Made by a program: the position numbers and the translations under genes. Of a stretch of DNA of 64,000 nucleotides, positions 1 through 19,900 are shown one piece after another. The notes beneath the pieces are model-generated. The model ran no database searches, was not told where the DNA came from, and saw only the letters and a program-made list of their open reading frames with translations. Position 1 is the first letter of the stretch. Every line of letters starts with the position of its first letter. Origin of the DNA: Chrysomallon squamiferum (taxonomy: Eukaryota > Animalia > Mollusca); NCBI GenBank assembly GCA_012295275.1, contig CM022670.1, positions 39,184,001-39,248,000 on the forward strand, read 5' to 3'.

Positions 1-400
1 TACAGGAGAAGACAAAGAATTTTACGTCTTTTTAGGTAAGATTGAAATTATGTGTGCATGTTTTTTTTTTTTTTTTATATAAATTATTTTCACCCTTTGA
101 AGCAATGGTTTAATTTAATTGTTTGGATTTTCACAGTTCTTATTTAACTTGTTTTTGTGTTTGCATTTTATTAAATAATGACAACCAATAAATTTTAGAC
201 TTAGAGAATATATCTGTATGATCTATAGTTACAATCTTTGTAGGTGGTGAACCATAATGATAAATAAATACTAAATAAATTGATGAAACTAATATTAATA
301 TTTTAATTTTTTTTAATTTTTAATTTTCAGACAACCACATATAGATCCATTTGAATCTCTTCAAAACAACATGGAAGAGTCTTCTATTGTACAGCTCTGA
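1..400 (+). CDS. 3' end (last two coding exons) of an unidentified gene, possibly the cytoplasmic tail of a membrane protein
   Basis: Exon 1-35 ends at a GTAAG donor (36-40). Exon 331-400 follows the acceptor ttttcag. The phase-2 join reads YRRRQRILRLFRQPHIDPFESLQNNMEESSIVQL-TGA, followed by TAG. The basic RRRQR stretch is typical after a transmembrane helix (inference). T-rich UTR-like sequence follows. Confidence 0.6.
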
Positions 401-1999
401 TAGGATTACTGTGACATTTTTAGTTTAATAAGAAGCCATGCTGTATCTCTCCGGATTCATACTTCAGCTGCTGTAACAACTTGTGCTGAAACAGAGATTT
501 ATGTCTGTTTTTCAAATTTAAGCCTTTTGTCAAAACAGTGATATAAAGATTTTTTGAAATGCATTCATGATTACGATTATAAGTAAATCCTTATTTTGAT
601 TTATATATAAGTTAAATCTAGTCACAGAATAAAAAAAAAAAAAAAGTCAAAATGTTTAGAAGAAATCCAGTAAGCAGATGTTGTTGATCTGTTTTTTAAA
701 CTGATGTGACTCAGATAATACTGGTGACTTTAAAAATGTAGCAAAGTCTTTTATCACTGTCTTAGTGTGGACAAACTTACAGATTGCGAGATTCATAACA
801 CAAGCTGATTTTTGATGTTATGCAAGTTTTCACCATTTCTTGTTTCTTAAAGAAAGCTGCTTACCTCTTAACTTAATTCTGATAAAAACATAACAAAACC
901 ATGCATGCAGAATGTTGTTCATTATAGTTGTTTATATTTAGCATTCAGGAGCTGCAGTATTTTATGTGGTGTTGCTAAATTTGCTGGTATTTCACCCTTG
1001 CCAAAAAATTTCTTATTTTTTTTGTATATCAAAATAAGAATGTGATGAAATCCTTTCAAGAAGTTAATATATGTAGACCGATTCTTACACTCTTAGATTT
1101 CTTTAAAATTAGATTTTCTGAATCAACTGGCAGGTCCAGATAAGACTTTTGTCTTTTCTCCCTTAAAATTTTAATATTTCTGTCACATTTTGATGAAAAT
1201 TTTGTTTCTCTATACTATATGGTCTTGATTTGTTGTAACTTTTTTTTTTATACTTTCTATCTTGACTGTGGATTTATGATAAGTAAAAATATTGAACATT
1301 GATTTTCTGTTAGCAGTGACAGAAGGACTTTCATCTTTGACAAGATTAGAGGTAAAATCATGTTACATTAATAAATCATTCTTTAGCATGCCAAAACATT
1401 ATTATGCACATGTATATTAAAATAATTTTCTGTTTGTTATTTATATTATCTGTTATGTATTGTGAACTGGCAGAATTTTTTTTTTTTTTTTTTTTTAATA
1501 TTTCTACAGCATATTTGTTTGCAAAAATAAAATGAACATTACTGAAAACTGATCATCCCAACATCATCATCATCATCATCCCAAAACTGAGCTTGCTTCT
1601 TGCCATCTCTGTCTGTATGTGTGAATTTGTACATTTGCAAACAGAAAAACATTTTTTATTAATTTAAACTGCTTTCATTTTTACAATATCTATGAAGCAA
1701 GATTCCTCTGTGTATGTGGAGATATGAATGTTTTTTAATAATGTTTTTCTAGGGTTTTTTTTCTTCTGGGATTTTTTCATGTCTTGCTCTCTTTTTTTTT
1801 TACAGACACAAACACACAAAAAACAAACAAAAAAATACTAAAGTAACTTTAAAACTTGATGGCTTTTCTCTGTACTTGTATACTTAACCGGTATCTTCAT
1901 AAACTTCATTTTTATGTGTACATACAGTTATGTATCTTGAATATTTTAAACTCAAACTGCGTATTGTGAGAACTGAGTTGAATAGATTTTACTGTGTCT

Positions 2000-2060
2000 A
2001 TATATATACATACATACATACACACACACACATATAAGAAATACACTGTACACATATACA

Positions 2061-2102
<42 letters not shown>
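2000..2102. repeat. (TA)n/(TACA)n/(AC)n microsatellite cluster
   Basis: Directly visible; about 14 AC units at 2063-2090. Confidence 0.9.
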
Positions 2103-4279
2103 TAAATTAGAGAAGTTTGAGGAGATGGCATTTATTTCAAATGTGTTGATTTCAAATGGATTGTCCAGTCTATTAAAAGATTTTTGTTGTTATTTGCCTT
2201 AATATTGTTTTAACAGTAGACTTTTCTCTTTCTTAAATGAATTTCTAAGATATTAGGAAATTATATAAAAAACATTTTCAACTTTGTTGATACACAGTAT
2301 TTAGAACAGCTGTTATTTAACCAGAAAGTCAGAGATAGATTAGTTGTTTTTGGTATGTGTTATGATTAATTTGAAGCTTTAATTGTTTTCTTAAGGATTT
2401 TTATTCCAGGTTAGCTCTGGTGTCATCTACACAAAAATTTTTTATCATGTTAAAGATTTTTTTCATCAAATTGTTAACTTGCAATATTGTGAATATTTTT
2501 TACATTAAAAACATTTCTGTACATTGGTTTTAAATATATTTTTTGTTGTTGTTTTTAAAATTGTCTGTTTTCTGTAGTTACAGTTTTGTTGTCTGATGGC
2601 ATGATTTTATGGCAGAGTTTTAATATTAATTCTATATATTATGATTTTTTTAAAAGGTTATTATATACAGTAGTTTGCATTTATTAAATCTCTTTGAAAT
2701 TTGCTTATTAAATGCCTGAAGCTGAGATTACAAGGTTGCAATTTTAATGCTAAGAATTTCAAAAGGTTATGAATTTAGAAATAAATGTGTATATATACAC
2801 TATGCATTTTGCAATGTCTTCTTTTTGGACTTTTTTTTTTTTTACAATCTGATTACTACATTTTAATATTAATAATTTAAAATGTCACCTTTTTTTTTCT
2901 TCAGTTTTCTTTTTTTTTAAAGTATATTCTATGCATTTTGCATGTCTTTCATATTATGGTGAAAAGTTGAAATTAAGAAACCATATTAAGAACTTTCCTC
3001 AATAATGATGTTTTCATCTTAAATGTTTTTCAAGTAAGTAACATGAGGCATTGTAACTTTTAGAGGTGCATGGTTTTAATGTAGATTTAACTTTTAAAGT
3101 TCTCTTATATATTTTATTTTATTTTATTATTATTATTATTATTATTATTTTTAATTTGTTTTGCTCAAATACATTTTGAACAACAACAAAATGCATGATA
3201 ATTATTAAACTATTTCTTTAGACATAAATAATTTAAATCCTTTTAATTATCACTTTTATATGATATTTTTATATTTATTATTTTTACTTTAGATGTGTTT
3301 TTCCTTTAGGCTACAAAATATGTTGTTACCTACACTTATATTTACAAAATACGTGGGTTCTTTTTAAATATTGACAATTACTGTCGTAAAATAAGAAGAA
3401 ATATTTTTAGGCTGGTTAGAATTCAGTGATTTTATGTAGATAATTCAATTTGTTTTTGTTATTTATTCCTTTGTATATTTATACATTATTTGTTTATTAT
3501 TTATTTACATATTATTTATTCATATTTTGATTACCTATTTTTACAGAATGGTATTACAAACTTACATTTTTTTCTTTATTTCTTTATTTATTTTTATATT
3601 CTTTATTGAGATGAGAAAAACGTATTCAGTGAGAACAACATTTTTAAATGACTGTGTAAACGTTTCTCATGAATTGTCTGATTATTTAATTCTGTAGATG
3701 TTTATTTTAACACACTATTGTTTTGTTTGTATGGTAACTACTGGAGTGGGAGCCCAGTTTCGTGATAATGTTGTCGATGCACCATTTTACCAGCATCCTG
3801 CCTGCCACCACTAGACATATCTTTGAGCAAGATTTGTACATTTTGTATATTTGCAGATTTATATTTGTATCATTAAATGCATTGTCTCCACAGTAACTGA
3901 TGTTTTGTGTTTTGTTAAAAGTCGTCTTAATTACTTACAGTATTATTGTTATTTTTTAAAAAATTATTACTTTTTAAAAATTATTTTTTATTATTACTAC
4001 TACTGTTATCATCATTATTATTTTTATTATTATTGCTTCACATGTTACACACACATAGAAGTTCATATATTTTATTCATAATTATTTAACAGGCTGAGTA
4101 TTAAAATCCATATTTTGTATTTGCTTATAATTTTATTTTTTAAATTTTTTATTTTTTTTGTTGAAGACTGCAGATTATAAACTTAACATCAATTCAGTTA
4201 AAAACAAATCAATTCAAATTAACAACGATATTTAAAAAAAAAAATATATATATATATTTATTTTAATTTATTTTTTTAG

Positions 4280-4500
4280 TTTGGGGTAGCGGTAATTTCG
4301 ACCGCGATGTAAAACACAGACTTTAATTTTATTTGTCATCTTTTTATTGCTTAAAATAAAAAATAAAAATTGACATACTTACGGCTGAAATTTATTTTAT
4401 ATATTTTTTACTGGATTTTAAAAGGACTGTATTAAGAAAAATTATTAACTTTGATCCGGTCAAAAATGCCGATCTGCTTTCGTAGAGGCGCCATGTGGTC
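4280..4500 (-). promoter_or_regulatory. CpG-retaining patch with a YY1-like motif and a candidate first-exon donor
   Basis: Cluster of CpGs in CpG-poor surroundings. GCGCCATGT at 4488-4496 reads ACATGGCGC on the - strand (YY1-like). A - strand GTAAGT donor lies at 4377-4382. Confidence 0.3.
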
Positions 4501-4513
4501 TTTGATATATTTT

Positions 4514-4544
<31 letters not shown>

Positions 4545-6151
4545 TTTTATCTTATTTTATTTTATTATTATTATTATTCGTTTTTTACTATTTATTATTA
4601 TTTTTTTTTTTTTTAACCAGCAGTGATACTGTAAATATTTTTAAAGTTGTTTTTTCTCTAAATTTTCGAATTTACTACTGTTCTTTAACTTAAATTTATA
4701 TTTCAAAAGAAAATCAAATTGAACTGGATATATATTTTTCAATCACCAAATATATGGACATTATTTTTATCTTTTTATATTTTTTCTTATTGGTTTTCTT
4801 TTTTATATATATTTTTTTATCTTTTTTTTTTTCGTTCAAAAGATATTAACATATTTTTTTAATAATTATTATTACTTATTATAATTATTATTATTTATTA
4901 TTAATTATTTGTGCTATTTTCAAAATATTAAGCATTGTGTCAATTTGTTTATGTATAACTAGGCATTACTCTTATTGTTAAATTGTTCCACGGCTCAGAA
5001 TAAACAACCTGATATTAAATCCTTTATATTCATTTCACGCTGCGAATTACAAAGCGTGCAATTTTTATTTGGCAGTAATTGTGTTTTTGTTTATTTATTT
5101 GTTTTTATTATTATTATTATTATTATTTTTTTTTTTTTTTTAATAAAGAGACAATAGCATTGTAATTAATATATTAATAAAATAGCAATGCATTCATTTC
5201 TTTGTCCGTTCATCAACATAATATAATATAAATTATAATGAGACATGCAGTACATCTGCATATTACACGGTGCGTATAAAAATAATTTCCCCTGGAACTT
5301 TGTACGTGTTTTAAGATAACAATTTAATACTAAGTCTTCACTTCACAAGATACCCCACTTTATCTACCTAACATAATTACAACTTGCGTGTGAATGGTTT
5401 TGTCAAATTTATAATCACTTTAATCTCCACAAAATATTCAGATGGTATTAAAATATTTCAGTAGAACCATGTTAAGCCATCTGTACTTTTAATCTGTGAG
5501 ATATGCGCGTCAGTAATCCCAAATACAACATAATAAATTACCATATTTTGTATGTACACAATAACAACAAGTTAAACGTTGACTGTTCTTTGACAACCAG
5601 CTATTTGTGTTAATGTAAAAATTCAAAGACTTTACAAACCAGCGTGTTGTTGTTATTCAACGTCAGTTCGGTTAATAAGATCTTGATATCTTCAGAATAC
5701 GCGAGGTAGTCGGAGAACACGCCATTGAATTTCTTTTAGTTTTGATATAATTTTATTATCAGCAGTCGTTGATACACAAAACAGGAGTTTACAACAGAAA
5801 TGAATGCGATATTCGAGTGTTTAAATGAGATTAATGATAGCTACCTGACAAATAATAAAATTTAAGTCAAGTTTAATAAACAAATAAATAAATGAAGAAA
5901 ATAAACACTGATATAAAATAGCATAAAATACAAAAAAAAAAAAAATAATATAAGCAGTTTCTAATGATGTTCCTTTAGATCAAATGAACAACGTAAATTA
6001 TTAATTTACAAAACAAATCCTAAAACTTAGAATACTAGTACTCACTTTAACAATAACATTTTGTTTCCACATAATAATTTCTTTACACACATAATTGAAT
6101 AGACTTGGTATTGTAACTTTATGGCTTGTACAAATCAACACGAACTTTTTA

Positions 6152-7171
6152 TCAAGAACAATTGCCGAGAGAATGTGTAAACCACTTGTCCACCCACTGT
6201 TCACACTTCTCATAGGAATCCAGCTCAGACTTCTCCAGCTTCTGCACTATACACGAGAGCACAGATGAATAACTTTTGCTGTTTATATGCTCTTTAATTT
6301 TTAACCTTTTCTCATATCCGTTGGGTAGATTTTTTCTTCTGTTTATAGAAATATTACTCAAAATATTTGTTTCCTCGTCCATTGATTCTGCTAGACTGGA
6401 GATCCCTGAACGGTTTTCTGCCTCAGTTGATGTCACGTCTTCTTTATAAAAACGATTTGGATGCAGAAGCTGGTCTATTCTTTTCAACATCATATACGTC
6501 TGTTCACGTTTTAATGTCTCCGGATCGAAACTGTCTACAACACTAACACTTCCAGGCTGGTCAATTGAAGGTAGAGGTTTCGGCGGGTTGATAATTCGGA
6601 CAGTACCATTTCTCGATCGAAAATCAGTTATGGTTCTAAAACGACGGCTGTCTTTGTTTTTGGCCACGCGACTCATAACAATTCCTTGCTTAGGCACGAT
6701 TATCCTTGGATAAGCATCTGGAATCAGTTTGTCTTCGTAGTCCCATTCCCTAGATCCCCAAGTGTTGTAGCAATTGGAACGAGCACACTTACTTATTAAA
6801 GAATATCCGTTTCCTTTACTTTGAGGTACCCCACTAAATCCTGTGGAATTCAGATTTAACGATTTATTATTATGCGAAGGAGAAAAACTAACCTTAGACT
6901 TTTTGTCACGAAATATAGAATCTTGGTTCCTCCTTTGCGAAACTTGCTGTGGATCTGTGGTTTCTACAGGTCCAAGACTTAGATCTGCTACACTGGCAGC
7001 AATTAACGGCGACTTTCCGTAGGCTGTCCATTGCTCTCTTGCTAAACTATCAATTGTTTTAAGATAACCAGATCCGCGTTTGACATCCATGAGACGTCGA
7101 CTTCTTGAGACGGTACCAGGATTAACAGACGATAAATCACGAAGAGTGTCATAACTTTCCATAGATAGCAT
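6152..7171 (-). CDS. Uncharacterised 339-aa protein encoded by one exon, largely polar and low-structure
   Basis: A 1020-nt uninterrupted ORF in very AT-rich DNA, with coding-like composition. The C-terminus is ...DSYEKCEQWVDKWF. No family recognised with confidence. Confidence 0.75.
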   Translation of the reverse strand: MLSMESYDTLRDLSSVNPGTVSRSRRLMDVKRGSGYLKTIDSLAREQWTAYGKSPLIAASVADLSLGPVETTDPQQVSQRRNQDSIFRDKKSKVSFSPSHNNKSLNLNSTGFSGVPQSKGNGYSLISKCARSNCYNTWGSREWDYEDKLIPDAYPRIIVPKQGIVMSRVAKNKDSRRFRTITDFRSRNGTVRIINPPKPLPSIDQPGSVSVVDSFDPETLKREQTYMMLKRIDQLLHPNRFYKEDVTSTEAENRSGISSLAESMDEETNILSNISINRRKNLPNGYEKRLKIKEHINSKSYSSVLSCIVQKLEKSELDSYEKCEQWVDKWFTHSLGNCS

Positions 7172-7739
7172 TATTTGGTCGTTTCTGAGCAGAACTTATT
7201 GTATTTATTCCAACAGTGCGTTATGGAAATTCAGACTGCATGCCAAGTCAGCCACACAAACGATACAACTCATCAATCATATTTGTTATTGAAATGAGCG
7301 TTGGATATTTCCACAGTCATAAAGCGTTTGGCGAAGTACAAAAGTCGAGAAGCTATTCACATTTGCACTGAATGGCATCTGAGTAACGCAGTTTGTGCGG
7401 ATTTGGCAAACAAGTAAATCATATCTTTATTATGGATGCCAGCATAAATGGAATGACCTTCTTAAATATCTTAACTGTCACTCACAATGTTTACCAATAC
7501 TCTCCTAGATATAATCGGTTCTAACTGATAACCGACTCGGTAATGCAAAGCAGTACTTAAAACCAAAAAGTTAAACATCATAAACTATAAACTTCAAAAA
7601 CGTGTATTATTTAAACTGATTTAGATCTTGCTTGTTTGAAAAGTAATTATTCTGAGACCTAACGTTTTTTTTTCTTCTCAAATCCGAATATTTATTCTAT
7701 GACAAAAAAAGTGAAATAAAACGTTGTTTACTGTGTCTC

Positions 7740-8160
7740 AGTTTCCGAAGCGACAATAATTTCGGAGTATAAACGAGCTTTGATTTGGCAGTTCATAATC
7801 GTTTTGCGACCAAACCTACGGGTCTTATCGTTAATAACTTCGTTATCGATCTTAAATCAAATCTTTCAAACTCCGGATGCCTGTCTTGCTGTGCGTAGCC
7901 AAATAACTAACCGTGGCGTGTGGCGGTCATTGAAACGGGGCCTTCCTGGTAGCTGCTGGAACACAAAACCTGTGTGCTTCAGCGCTACCGAACTGACCGA
8001 ACAGTGAAGGGAGCTTTTATGTACATATAGAAAATAAGCCGTATTTCAAGTGCTACTTAGATAAATCAATATGAGAAATGATTGTGAAAAGCGGTACCTG
8101 CTTTGTTGTTCTGTTTGACGTCTGCTCGAGTTTCCAGGTTTTGTGATAAGTGAATGGACG
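7740..8160. promoter_or_regulatory. CpG-rich putative promoter region of the 339-aa ORF
   Basis: Locally GC- and CpG-rich (e.g. ccgtggcgtgtggcgg at 7911-7926), upstream of the - strand ORF. Confidence 0.4.
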
Positions 8161-9996
8161 TAAGATAAAATTAAATTCAAACTGAAAGAATGAATTGTTT
8201 AACGAAAAAATGTTAACAACTAAACAAATAACAATAATAAAAACAAATATTGTTGTTGTTATTCCTTTTATTTTATGTTTTTATTTTTTTCCCCTTAACC
8301 AAGCATATCCATATATTCAGTTTAAATATCAAAGATGCATGTATGAATATATAAATAATTTCTTTTATCTTCAAACATGTCATTTTCTCCTTACATTTTA
8401 AACTTTCTTCTCCACTTTTTAAACTTTCTATTTCAAATAATGTCAACAGAATATTTTTTAACCTTTACTTATTTATCATTTATTTAAAAATTTTATAGGG
8501 ACTGTAAGATTTTTCCAAACAATTTCCTTCTAAAAACCCAAATACAAATTCATATACAAAATGTAGATACTATATTATTTAATGATCACAGAAATATCCA
8601 GTATACTTGTATACATATTAAAATCTAATACATGTATAAAGAAAATCTCCATAACCTGATGCTTTTTATAAACCATCAGATAAACACCAACTGTGTTAAA
8701 ATAAATTGAACAAACATCAAGACTACTGGGCCAAAAGCATAAAAAAAAAAAAATAATAATAGTAATAATAAAAAAAAAAAAAAAAAAATAATAAATAAAA
8801 AATAATAATAATAATAATTTTAAAAAACAACAGAAAAAAAGGAAATTTTGGAAAGAACACATTTTTTGTCAAATTAACAAGTACAAAAAATAAAAAAAAT
8901 AAAATAAAAAAATAAATATATATATATAACAGTAATTAATAATAATTTAAAAATAAAATAAAATTGGTGATGTATGTTAATGCTGCACAAACTGTAACTA
9001 ACCCTGCTAGTTTATATAACTAGGTTTTTGACACATAAACACTGATACAAAAAAATATACAGCGTATAACAGTTTTAAATATTCAAATCATCACAACAAA
9101 ACAATATAAATAATAATAAATAACATTTTCATATATCACAGCAAATATGATGAAGTGCATCAGCTTCAATTTCTTTTTTTTATTCTTTTTTTTTTTTTTT
9201 TTTTTTTTATAATATATAATTATTTTTTGATATAATTAACTAGATTCTCTTTATCTAACTTTTCCTGTGCTTGAAATTTTTTTCAGTTAATAATGGCTTT
9301 AATTTCTGTGTGTCTTTTCTAAATGAAGTAATTATTTAACACAATTAATTATTTATTTATTATTTAATTTTTTTTAATTTTTTTTTTTTTTTAACATCAC
9401 TCAGTTTCATTATGACAAGTAAGCACATTGTGATGGGAGTTAGTACATAAATAAATTTAAATTAAAAAAAAATAGATTTAAACTACTTTTATCAACAGTT
9501 CAGTCATACATAAACAATTTCTATGTGTATAATAAAGTTATTTTTATATTTTTTAAAATAAATCACAGGATTATTCAAAAAAACATTAATTTTTTTCCTA
9601 TTGTGAGAGACCATATTTGGCCACTCGACTAAATATAAAAAAAAATCAAAATCAAAATTAATTTCCCAGATATAAATATTTGTATTTCTATTAGATAATA
9701 CATACCACATGCAATACACATTATTACTTTTGTTATTTAATTTTAAAATCAATTTTGCTCAACAAATAATCTGATCTTCAAAAATACATATATATATATA
9801 TATATTTAATACAAAATATATTTAAAAAAACACAACAGCTCAGCTGAAAGATAAAATAATATCCCATATATAATTATGATCACAACAATTTTCCAGCTGA
9901 ATCTTGAAATTATGTGTGTATACCCCATCAAGTGTTTTTGCCTTCTGAATAAAGGTATGAAATTAATTTGGTTTCACATAGTCAGATTCCATTCAG

Positions 9997-10033
<37 letters not shown>

Positions 10034-10239
10034 GTTTTCAAACATTAAAAGCATGGTCCTGACTAATAAAAAGTACTTTGGTACTGAGGCAAGAACAGAA
10101 GTATTCAGAAATATCCAGATGGCATAATCAGCTGTGACAATTATAAAAAAATCCGATGGATAGTTTGTTCCCAACCATCTTATGTAGATAAGACAGACTT
10201 TTATCTCCAGCAGTAAATAAACTCAAAAATAAAACAGTT

Positions 10240-15910
<5,671 letters not shown>

Positions 15911-16269
15911 TCAGTAAACAATCTAGATGAAAGTGAAAACAGCTTTTAATATTTACAGTCACCAATTAGTATCTAGGAAATCATTTTCCACAGATTAATA
16001 AGCACATACTATATCAACCCCCCAACCCAATATACCAGTGGATAGAACATTACATAATCCATCATTCTTCAAATGAGCACTTCTTAATGAAATTGTGTTT
16101 TTTTTTCTTTTTAATTTGAAGTTAATAAGATAGCAACACAAGACTTTAATAAAAAAAAAAATATTCAAGCTGTTATGAACATGTATCAAACTACAATATA
16201 AAAATATATTGTAATGCTTCAGAATATATGTTCTTTTGCATTAATGATATTACCACTGAGAGTAATGTC

Positions 16270-16305
16270 AAATAATAATAATAAATAATAAAATAATAAT
16301 ATAAT

Positions 16306-16378
<73 letters not shown>

Positions 16379-16400
16379 TAATAAATGAATAATAAATAAA
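16270..16400. repeat. (AAT)n microsatellite
   Basis: About 20 perfect AAT units at 16315-16378. Confidence 0.9.
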
Positions 16401-16839
16401 TCATGCTGTCTGTATATTATTATTATGTAAATTAATTTTTCATATAAAATTTTATTACCAATAATGAACATTAAATTGATTTAAATGATATTCATGTCAA
16501 TATGTTACTTACATGTCAGATTAATGTAATGAAACAATTGTGTTTCTGCTGGTGTTAAAATCAAATTACTGTCCAATTTTTAATACGTGAAAATTAACAA
16601 CTTTTTCACAGTAGCAACAACAGCTGTGAAATTAATGATTGTTGTCATTATAAATGTTTACTTATTTATTAACAATAACATTCACGATAGTGGGGCCCTT
16701 TTAGGACAGTAGTAGTTCAGTGAATATATTCTTGGTAATTATCTGGCACTGTAATTTTGGACAAAAAGTATAATTTTTAATGGCTATCAACTACAAATAT
16801 CATGTAATGAAATATCCGATTAGATTACTTTATAACTGT

Positions 16840-16945
16840 TATGACTTATGAAAGCCACCATTCCTCCTTGGCAGACATGTTGTTTACAAACCGGTGTCGG
16901 GTCAATCAAAATACATCCTGTTCAGTTAATACCGGTGTTAAGACA
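16840..16945 (-). promoter_or_regulatory. Candidate CCDC24 promoter / non-coding first exon
   Basis: Small CpG cluster (ccggtgtcgggtc, accggt) about 1 kb upstream of the ATG. The - strand has GTAAACAA (forkhead-like) at 16880-16887. Confidence 0.3.
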
Positions 16946-19900
16946 ATTAGTTCCAGTTGTAATAAAATGATCGTTTTATTTTATTAATAACAGTACAGGA
17001 CTTTTCAATTTTTATATTCAGTTTAAAATACTTGTTTGTTCCTAAATTCAATAATGTGACTAAACATGAACCTTTTAACAATGCTACAGTTTCAAGATAT
17101 GCCTATGGACTGTTTGGAATTAAAGTTAATTGGAAATTATTTAAACAGGCCCTGTATGGAACTAACAAAATTAGTCTATTAAAAAGCTAATTTTATAAAT
17201 TAAAGAAAGTATAATCAGCATATTTTCTAATTCTGAAATTTGCATTTTATATCTCCATTTTATATATATATAATGAGATTCACTGGACAGTCTTTTTCAC
17301 ATAGCTTCATTTTCCTTTATTTTCAGGATTTGTTGGAATATGGTTAAGCAGTGATATAACAGAAGGTGTATATTAGGTTCCAGCTTCAACTACACTGTCT
17401 TAAGTATTGGAAGAATGAATGCTCATTTCATTCCTGACAAACAAAATTTCTGAATATATCTTATACTTTTTAAATCTTTTTAAAAAATACATTAAGTTTT
17501 GTTTTATTTAGTTCTGTATTTACTGGAATACGAAGGAAAAGCAAATTTATTTCTTAAAGCATAACTGATAAAAACTTTTTTTTAAACTTAACTACATTTA
17601 AGATTTTGTGTTTTCAGACTAGCAAAATGATAGTGGCCATGTTGAAGTAGTCAATACAGTTTTTCAGCAGCTTAACTCAAAAAGAAAAAGAAAAGTTAAA
17701 TTAAAAAAATAATAATTAAATTAAATCAAATTAAAAAAATAGAATCAAGTACAATAATAGCCTGGTTGTGTCATAGAATGATGGCATAGACAGTTACAAA
17801 AAAAAGTTATTAAACAACTAATAATTACTAATGTAGGATGTAAAAAAAGAATAAATAAAGGCACAAATTAGGTTGTAAATTTTAATAAGGTTGTATTTTG
17901 TAAGTTCATAAAAATATTTAACATCAATGAAATAAAGATAACAATTCGCTTATTAGCTGAAAACAACACATGGTTCTTGTTCTGTCATATGTTGCTCTAC
18001 TTTATGACTATATTAGTAAATATATACAGCAATGATTTAGTTCCAGATAAATATATACAGTAACTATTTAAGTAAATATTGCCATATCAAACCTAAGAAA
18101 GAGCATTTTCCACCCAACTTAAACTGGGCACCATTTGTAATTAAGTTCATTCAAAAATGTTCTGTTATCATTCAGTAACTCAGTTAAATCTTGTAATGAT
18201 AAAGCTGAATGCAAAACACTTAAGTACCTATCATCAAAGAAACAAATCAAGTTTTTGTAAAAAAATAATAGTTAATATTTAACAAAATAACACACTTCAA
18301 AACAAAACAAATTAAAATACCTAAATATATTAATAAATAATAATTTTAATAAATATTTTTACTTGACAAAGTTATAATGTAAAAAAAAAAAAAAACACAA
18401 ACAAAAAACACAAAAAAAACCACATTAATAGTAATAATTTTTTTTTTTTTTTTTATTAAAAAACAATAAATAATACCAACTGTGATAAACAAGTACAAAT
18501 TAAATTTTAAAATTCAGGTGATGTAAATCAAAACAATATTCACAAATTAAACCTAAAACTGTTAGACTGGTAAACTTATCTTGCTAGCAGGCTAGAGACC
18601 AAGTATATAACAGATGGTGAGCCATGTTTTTATAAGTAGTAAATGAAAATACATTTTAGTAATTTTTTGGCCCAGCTGAAAAAGGAGATGGGTTCAAGTA
18701 CAAGGAATATGCATTTATGAACAAATTTTTATGGTGTAATTCTTCAACAACAAAAACAGATCACAGCCACTAAAAAGTTAACAGAAAATGATAATATTTC
18801 TTAACAACATAATGCCCAGTGCTAAACTGAAAATACCCAGTTTATGAAAAGGAAACCCGTGACCTTCAACTCATCTGATAAAAACCAGTTTACCATTATT
18901 CTTTCCAAATATAAATATCTGTGTATACATTTTAGCTTTTATGCAAAAATACTTTCTCTGCTATATCTTCTTTGTATTTACAATTAAAAATGAAAAAGTT
19001 GTGATTTCAAATAGTAGACCGTTACAATGTAAATCGAATGGACAACTTTATTCACATTTAGTTTTTTCTACTTGTATTCAGATGTTTTTCTAAAACAACA
19101 GAACATCTAGTCCAAGTAGTACAGAGTATGTACAAGATTTATATGTAGTTACATATGAGATTCATTTTTTTTTTTTATGCTTAAATTGCTTTCCAAACCA
19201 GGTCATCTTCATTGAATATCATTTAAGAGTGTGATGAAACATTTATTCACTCTCTATATGAATGCAATGATTAAAATAAATGATTATAAATAATAAGGAC
19301 AATCCAGTGACAATGTAATTTATTATTTAATGGCTGGAAAATAATTTGAGCCAAGGTAAATTTGTGGAATGGGGAGAAGGTGTATATCACTATAATCTAC
19401 AAGCTAATACTTTTTTTTTTTTTTTTTTTTTTTTTATTATTATTATTATTTTTTTTTAAACAACATTTATTTTTGTTCTTTTCCCTTTTTTTTTTATTAT
19501 TAATATACCTTCACCTTGTTAAAAAATAACAAAAGCACTATTTAATCAATTTATCAAAAAATTTTAAAGTCAACAACTGATTCTGCAGATAATTTGTCTT
19601 TTCAGAAAATCAAACATTTTTTAATTAGTTTAAAATTAGATCCTTAATCATTAGGAAAAATAATACCATAATAAATTAATATAAATTATTTCGTATTTTC
19701 TTCAACTGCCAAATTAGAAATAAAGTTTACAACAAAACTATAGTTTAAATTAGCCTAAATGTTGCAGATGTATTTTACTTTGCACTGGATATAAAGCTAT
19801 ACATATTCAATTTCTCTATGGTCATACATGGTCCCAAGATAATAATGCTGCCCTGTTTTAGATAATGAAATTCCAATATTACTCACTGGAAATATCTAAA

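Noticed and set aside
395-403. TGA-TAG as selenocysteine readthrough
   Set aside because: Sec would be the last residue, there is no redox motif, and no SECIS was recognised; it is a simple tandem stop.
3851-5157. Short + strand ORFs rich in Y/F/I/L
   Set aside because: They are translations of (TAT)n and poly-T low-complexity DNA, with no splice context.
5262-5300. TACACGGTGCG resembling a Tc1/mariner TIR start
   Set aside because: No matching inverted partner was found.
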